Positions 27,329 to 32,000 of a stretch of 32,000 bases of DNA are shown in pieces. Below the pieces are notes generated by a model, which saw only the letters and a program-made list of their open reading frames with translations, did not search any database and was not told the origin of the DNA. The position numbers were made by a program, and so were the translations under genes. Each line of letters opens with the position of its first letter. Within the stretch, counting starts at the first letter, position 1. This DNA comes from Phycisphaera mikurensis NBRC 102666 (lineage in GTDB: Bacteria > Planctomycetota > Phycisphaerae > Phycisphaerales > Phycisphaeraceae), in NCBI RefSeq assembly GCF_000284115.1, contig NC_017080.1, positions 2,280,001 through 2,312,000 of the forward strand. The letters run 5' to 3'.

Positions 27329-27421
27329 ACACCTGCCGACCAAGCGCCGCCCTCGTGCTCCTCCCCTCTCCGGGGCTCGCCGTGATCCGCGGCGCCCGCT
27401 GAACCCGAGACACCCACCTTT

Positions 27422-29767
27422 ATGGCAAGAAGCAGCAGCAGCTGGGGAATCGACGTCGGACGCGAAGCGGTCAAGGCCGTGAAGCTGGTCCAGCGTGGAT
27501 CCGAGGTGGAGGTCGAGGCCTTCGAAGTCCTTCCTTACGACGAGGTGCTGACGGCACCGGACGTCGACACGGACCAGGCCATCCAGCTCCAGCTCGACGC
27601 CCTGCTCCAGAAGCACGAGCTCAAGAGAAGCCGCGTCGTCGCGTCGGTGCCGGGCAACACCGCCTTCGCCCGCTTCGCCAACCTGCCGCCGGTGGACCCC
27701 AAGACGATCCCCAAGATCGTCCGCTTCGAGGCCGAGCAGCAGATCCCCTTCCCGATCGACGAGGTCGAGTGGGATTACCAGGTCTTCCAGGACGCCGACA
27801 CGCCCGACGTGAAGGTGGGCATCTTCGCCATCACCAAAGAGCGGGTGATGCAGTTCCTCTCCAACTACCGCGCGGTCGACGTCCGGGTGGACGCCCTCAC
27901 GCTCTCGCCGGTCGCGGTCTTCAACGCCTTCGCGTACGACACCGCCAACGACGAGGACGCGAGCGGATCCGGCCGCGTCTACCTCGACATCGGCACGCTG
28001 TCGACCGACGTCATCATCATCGAGGACGGCGACATCTGGCTGCGGACGGTGCCCATCGGCGGCAACCACTTCACCGAAGCGCTCGTCAAGCAGTTCAAGA
28101 TCAGCTTCTCGAAAGCGGAGAAGCTCAAGCGTGAGGCCGCGACCAGCAAGTACGCCAAGCAGATCTTCCAGGCGATGCGCTCCGTCTTCGCGGACCTCGT
28201 GCAGGAAGTCCAGCGCTCCATCGGCTTCTACCAATCGATGAACCGCGAGTCGGAGCTGAGCGAGGTGGTCGGGCTCGGGTCCACCTTCAAGCTCCCGGGG
28301 CTCCAGAAGTTCCTGAAGCAGCAGCTGCAGATGGACGTCAAGAAGCCGGGGGCCTGGGAGCGGGCGGTGGTGGACGGCAAGCGGGAGTCGGAGCTGGTCG
28401 GGCAGGTGGGCGTGCTCACGACGGCCTACGGCCTCGCGTTGCAGGGCCTGGGCGTGGAGCGTGTCTCCGCCAACATCCTGCCCGCCCACGTGCTGCAGCA
28501 GCGGATGTGGCAGGCGAAGCAGCCTTGGATTGCCGCGGCGGCGGCCTGCGTCGCCGTGGGGGCGGGGCTCTACGGCGCCCGCTACTTCGTCGACCAGGCC
28601 GCGCTCGAAGAGGCTTCGACGCAGATCGCCCGCGAGGTGCAGCCGGTGCTCGCGCGGGCCAATCAGTACCGAAGCGAGGCCGAGGAGGCGAAGACGCAGG
28701 ACCCGCGCCAGGGCATCGAGAACCTGCGCCAGGTGGTGCCCAACCGCGACGTGTACCCGCTCCTGCTCGCCGACCTCGACGCCGCCATCGGCTCGGTCGG
28801 CACGCAGGAGGCGGTCCTCTCGGGTGATCCCGCCCGCATCGCCACGATCCCGCGTCGCCAGCGGCGCTTGCTCTCCATCGAGTCGGTGGTCGACACCTAC
28901 ATCCCGGCGCCCGCCACCGATGCCGAGGAGGCCGCACCGGTGGATCCCGGCCAAGGCGGATTCGGCGGCGGGTTTGACGGCGGCTTCGGCGGGGGCCCGG
29001 GCGGGTTCGGCGGCGGGCCGGAAGGCTTTGGCGGGGGCTTCGACGGCGGCTTCGGGGGCGGCGGTGGCTTCGGCGGGGGCCGGGCGGCCGGTGGCGGCGC
29101 TCCGGCGACCGGAGCCCCCACGAGCCTCGCGGAGATGATCTCGCAAGGCCAGAGCAAGGACTTCTTCGCGGGCGAGGTCGGCCCCCAGCTCGACCTGGTC
29201 ATCAAGGGCACGACCCCCTTCGAGACGCCGTCGAGTCTCCTCAGCGAGACGATTATCCAGTGGCTCCGCGACAACGCGGACCGACCGGACCGCCCCTACA
29301 TCATCGAGGTGGGCGAGCAACCCATCGCCTTCCTCCAGCAGGTGGGCGATGGCGGGGCGAGCCGCAGCCCCTCCGGCGGCATGGGGATGGGGATGGGGAT
29401 GGGCGCGGGCGGCGGCCGCGGGGGGGCGGCCGACTTCGGCAGGAGCGGGATGGGCATGCCCGGCGGCGACTTCGGCGGAGGCTTCGGCGGAGGGGGCTTC
29501 GGCGGGGGAATGGGCGGGGGCTCCGCGATGGGAGCGGCGGACCTGGCGGCCCTGCTGCCCCGATCGCCGCTCGCGGACGAAGACGCTTCCACGGACTTCC
29601 GCTTCGAGCTGCGCTTCAAGCTCCAGCTCCGCGATCCGCTCGCGCAGCCGGACGAGGAAGCGGGCGGGGCCGGCGAGCCGGAGGGCGTGGGCGATGATGC
29701 CTTCGGGCAGGACGCGGACGCGTCCGTGCGGGCGGACGGGCAGCTGACCGAAGAGGTGACCTCATGA
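27422..29767 (+). CDS. pilM: Type IV pilus assembly PilM-like protein with C-terminal TM and extracytoplasmic region
   Basis: SSWGIDVGREAVKAVKLVQRG...VVASVPGNTAFARFANLPPVDPKTIPKIVRFEAEQQIPFPIDEVEWDYQVF...VYLDIGTLSTDVIIIEDGDIWLRTVPIGGNHFT...LGSTFKLPGLQKFLKQQL; then WIAAAAACVAVGAGLYGARYFV. Confidence 0.88.
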   Translation: MARSSSSWGIDVGREAVKAVKLVQRGSEVEVEAFEVLPYDEVLTAPDVDTDQAIQLQLDALLQKHELKRSRVVASVPGNTAFARFANLPPVDPKTIPKIVRFEAEQQIPFPIDEVEWDYQVFQDADTPDVKVGIFAITKERVMQFLSNYRAVDVRVDALTLSPVAVFNAFAYDTANDEDASGSGRVYLDIGTLSTDVIIIEDGDIWLRTVPIGGNHFTEALVKQFKISFSKAEKLKREAATSKYAKQIFQAMRSVFADLVQEVQRSIGFYQSMNRESELSEVVGLGSTFKLPGLQKFLKQQLQMDVKKPGAWERAVVDGKRESELVGQVGVLTTAYGLALQGLGVERVSANILPAHVLQQRMWQAKQPWIAAAAACVAVGAGLYGARYFVDQAALEEASTQIAREVQPVLARANQYRSEAEEAKTQDPRQGIENLRQVVPNRDVYPLLLADLDAAIGSVGTQEAVLSGDPARIATIPRRQRRLLSIESVVDTYIPAPATDAEEAAPVDPGQGGFGGGFDGGFGGGPGGFGGGPEGFGGGFDGGFGGGGGFGGGRAAGGGAPATGAPTSLAEMISQGQSKDFFAGEVGPQLDLVIKGTTPFETPSSLLSETIIQWLRDNADRPDRPYIIEVGEQPIAFLQQVGDGGASRSPSGGMGMGMGMGAGGGRGGAADFGRSGMGMPGGDFGGGFGGGGFGGGMGGGSAMGAADLAALLPRSPLADEDASTDFRFELRFKLQLRDPLAQPDEEAGGAGEPEGVGDDAFGQDADASVRADGQLTEEVTS
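28953..29100 (+). repeat. Gly/Phe-rich low-complexity segment in PilM-like protein
   Basis: Encodes GGFGGGFDGGFGGGPGGFGGGPEGFGGGFDGGFGGGGGFGGG. Confidence 0.85.
29346..29532 (+). repeat. Second Gly/Met/Phe-rich segment, containing (GGGGAT)3-GGG
   Basis: Encodes GDGGASRSPSGGMGMGMGMGAGGGRGG...GMGMPGGDFGGGFGGGGFGGGMGGG. Confidence 0.85.
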
Positions 29768-31221
29768 AGAGCGTGCTGATCTGGCTCAAGAACAACCCGA
29801 TCACCGTGGCCTCCGGCCTCGTGATCCTCCTCGCCCTGGGCTTCGCCGCCTGGACGTGGTCGAGCTTCGGCGCCCTGCGGGGCGATCTCGAGGCCACGGC
29901 GAGGGAGAAGGGCAAGCTCGAAAACTTCGGAAACAACACCGCGGAGCTGCCCGCGGAGGAGATCGACGCCCAGCCGCTCACCGTCGAGGGCGTCACGTAC
30001 AACCCGCCGACCGTCGATCGGATGAGGCGGATCTTCGGCGACCTCAACTCGCAGACGGAGCTGACCGCGGCGACCTTCGCGGTCTTCAACGAGCGGGGCC
30101 ACCAGCAGCTGGTCGAGGGCTTCTTCCCCTCGGCCGCGGGCGACGCCTTCAACTACAAGAACCGGTACCGCGACGCGATCCAGACCCTGCTGGCGGGCCC
30201 GGGCCCCGCGGCGGGCTTCGCGGAACAAAACGGCGTCCTGCTCCCCACGCTCAAGGCGGGGCTTCCCCCTCAGGCGCAGACGCTGCAGACGCGGCTGAAC
30301 CGCATCGCCGAGGAGGGTGCCCGCGCCTTCGGGGACCGGCTGACCGAAGACCAGATCCGGCGGCTCGAGGACGAGCAGCGGGTGGAGTTGCTGGAGGCCC
30401 TAACCGAGCGTGCCCGCGCGTTGGACGTCTACGCGATCAACGACATCGGCCCCACGACGGCGCTGAATCCCGAGTACCCGCTGCCCGTGCTCCGCTACGT
30501 CTACGAGGGCTCCCAGCCGGAGCCGCGGCAGATGTGGGAGAGCCAGATGCAGACGTGGATCCTCCAGGACCTCATCGCATCGATCGGCTTGGCCAACGGC
30601 GTGCCGGTCCCGGGTGTGGCCCCGCTGCCCGCCGCGGCACGCGGCGAAGGGGGCAGCGCCCAGGGCGTCCTCGGAGCCGTCGTGAAGCGACTGATCAGCG
30701 CGGACGTCCTGCCGGGCTACGTCGGCATCCAGAGCTCCGGCGGCGTCGGCCAGCTCGACAGCGACACGAACACCGGCCGCAACGCCTCCGCGGGCTTGGC
30801 CGCCGGTGCCGGGCCCGTGGAGGGCCTGGCGTCCGATGGTGCCGGCATCCCGGTGATCAAACCGAACTACTTCGTCAGCCCGACCGGGCGTACCAGCAAC
30901 CCGGTCTTCGACGTCCGCCACACCCGCCTGCGGGTGCACGCCGATTACACCCGCCTCCCGCTGCTCTTCGAGGCGATGGCGAAGATCAACTTCATCTCCG
31001 TCGTCGACATGAAGCTCGCCTCGATCGACGAATACGACTACTCCACCAGCGGCCGCCTCGGCGGGCCCTTCGTCTACGGCGTCGGGGAGATCGTCGACGT
31101 GGAGATGATCGTCGAGAGCCTCTGGTTCAGGAGCTGGACCGTGCCGCTGATGCCTGACAGCGTCAAGACCACGCTGGGCATCGCCACGGTCGAGCCCGCC
31201 GTCGCCGACGACACCTTCTAG
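29764..31221 (+). CDS. PilO / Amuc_1100-like pilus-associated inner-membrane protein
   Basis: Single N-terminal TM (MKSVLIWLKNNPITVASGLVILLALGFAAWTW), coiled coil, C-terminal VFDVRHTRLRVHADYTRLPLLFEAMAKINFISVVDMKLASID; overlaps the pilM-like stop by 4 nt. Family assignment by context and topology. Confidence 0.6.
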   Translation: MKSVLIWLKNNPITVASGLVILLALGFAAWTWSSFGALRGDLEATAREKGKLENFGNNTAELPAEEIDAQPLTVEGVTYNPPTVDRMRRIFGDLNSQTELTAATFAVFNERGHQQLVEGFFPSAAGDAFNYKNRYRDAIQTLLAGPGPAAGFAEQNGVLLPTLKAGLPPQAQTLQTRLNRIAEEGARAFGDRLTEDQIRRLEDEQRVELLEALTERARALDVYAINDIGPTTALNPEYPLPVLRYVYEGSQPEPRQMWESQMQTWILQDLIASIGLANGVPVPGVAPLPAAARGEGGSAQGVLGAVVKRLISADVLPGYVGIQSSGGVGQLDSDTNTGRNASAGLAAGAGPVEGLASDGAGIPVIKPNYFVSPTGRTSNPVFDVRHTRLRVHADYTRLPLLFEAMAKINFISVVDMKLASIDEYDYSTSGRLGGPFVYGVGEIVDVEMIVESLWFRSWTVPLMPDSVKTTLGIATVEPAVADDTF

Positions 31222-31300
31222 ACGCGGGCCGGCCCCCACGCCCGCCCCCGAGCACCCCCGGCCTCGCGCCGCTTCCCGCCATCCTCCCTCTGGACCCTCC

Positions 31301-32000
31301 ATGGCCGCACGCCAAGCCGGCTTCTTCGTGAAGCACACGGAAAAGATCATCCTCGCGGTCGCCGCGGCCTTCGCCCTCCTCCTGGTCGCCATCGCGTGGC
31401 TCGGCGTGTTCGGGAGCCCCGCCAGCACGCGGATCAACGGCGTGGTGGTGACCCCCGAGAACGTGCAGGACATCGTCAACGCCGAGGCGGACCGCCTCCG
31501 ATCCAAGCTCGACGAGACCGAGCCCGGCGTGCCCGAGGTGCAGATCCCCAACTACGCCGAGGACTTCTCCAGCCGCATCGCCGCGCCGATCCTCGCGGGC
31601 GATCCGCGGTTGGTTAGCGGAGGCTTGGACCGAGCGGGCCTCACCGCGGCCACCTTCGTGCTGCAGCAGAACAGCTTCCCGGCCTACTTCCTGCCCACCC
31701 CGCCGGTCCCGACGGACGTGACGCTCAAGGCGGGCACCGCGGTGCTCGCCGACCCCGCGAGCGAGGGCGACGCCGCGGCGCGGGAGCGGCTGGTGGAGCT
31801 GCGGAACCGGCTGGACATCCGCGAGCCGGGCGACTTCCAGTTCGTCTCGGTGATGGGGCGCTTCCCGTTGCAGAGCTGGAGCGAGCGGCTGGAGGGGCAG
31901 GACCCCGAGGGTTCGCGGCAGCCGATCCCCGAGAACGTCTGGCGGCCGCGGCTGGGCCTGGCGGCGGTGTACCTCCTCCGCCAGCGGCAGGACGCCCGCA
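31301..32000 (+). CDS. Membrane-anchored hypothetical protein of the pilus-like cluster (truncated by window end)
   Basis: Open frame to window end: MAARQAGFFVKHTEKIILAVAAAFALLLVAIAWLGVFGSPASTRINGVVVTPENVQDIVNAEADRLRSKLDETEPG...; same N-terminal TM layout as its upstream neighbour; absent from ORF track because no stop is in the window. Confidence 0.75.
   Translation, partial: MAARQAGFFVKHTEKIILAVAAAFALLLVAIAWLGVFGSPASTRINGVVVTPENVQDIVNAEADRLRSKLDETEPGVPEVQIPNYAEDFSSRIAAPILAGDPRLVSGGLDRAGLTAATFVLQQNSFPAYFLPTPPVPTDVTLKAGTAVLADPASEGDAAARERLVELRNRLDIREPGDFQFVSVMGRFPLQSWSERLEGQDPEGSRQPIPENVWRPRLGLAAVYLLRQRQDAR

Noticed and set aside
1-32000. CRISPR arrays, toxin-antitoxin pairs, restriction/defence islands, prophage or retron-like elements
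   Set aside because: No regularly spaced direct repeats, no reverse transcriptase, nuclease/methylase pair, integrase or transposase seen in any plausible frame; the methyltransferase at 13864 is a small-molecule-type enzyme with no restriction partner.

Overview
This is a high-GC bacterial chromosomal window. Gene content and protein style (PEP-CTERM protein, DUF2959-like lipoprotein, PilM/PilO-like cluster, many small hypotheticals) suggest a planctomycete/Phycisphaerae-like organism, but that lineage call is inference. It is densely packed with mostly housekeeping genes: Zn-alcohol dehydrogenase, gamma-glutamylcyclotransferase-like protein, serC, PilZ protein, Tat-type metallophosphoesterase, prfA, PEP-CTERM protein, rpmE (type B), class IV aminotransferase, an HD-GYP-type protein plus a partner, larB, pstSCAB, nuoB, ilvC, an RNase HII-like protein, hflX and a PilM / PilO(Amuc_1100)-like cluster. 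There are two tRNA-Arg genes (CCT and TCT). I found no CRISPR array, complete IS, prophage, integrase or recognisable defence/biosynthetic island, and I cannot support a new multi-gene system here. The best non-routine signals are: (1) a 153-bp MITE-like foldback element with near-perfect 22-bp terminal inverted repeats and a TAA target duplication, inserted exactly at the junction of two convergent stop codons; (2) a PilM-like protein that continues into a transmembrane segment and a Gly-rich extracytoplasmic region, resembling a PilM-PilN fusion; (3) a ~190-aa insertion in PstA; (4) a 764-aa protein paired with an HD-GYP protein that shares its N-terminal motif; and (5) several strong intergenic hairpins (pstS-pstC, hflX-pilM, upstream of hflX, upstream of rpmE).
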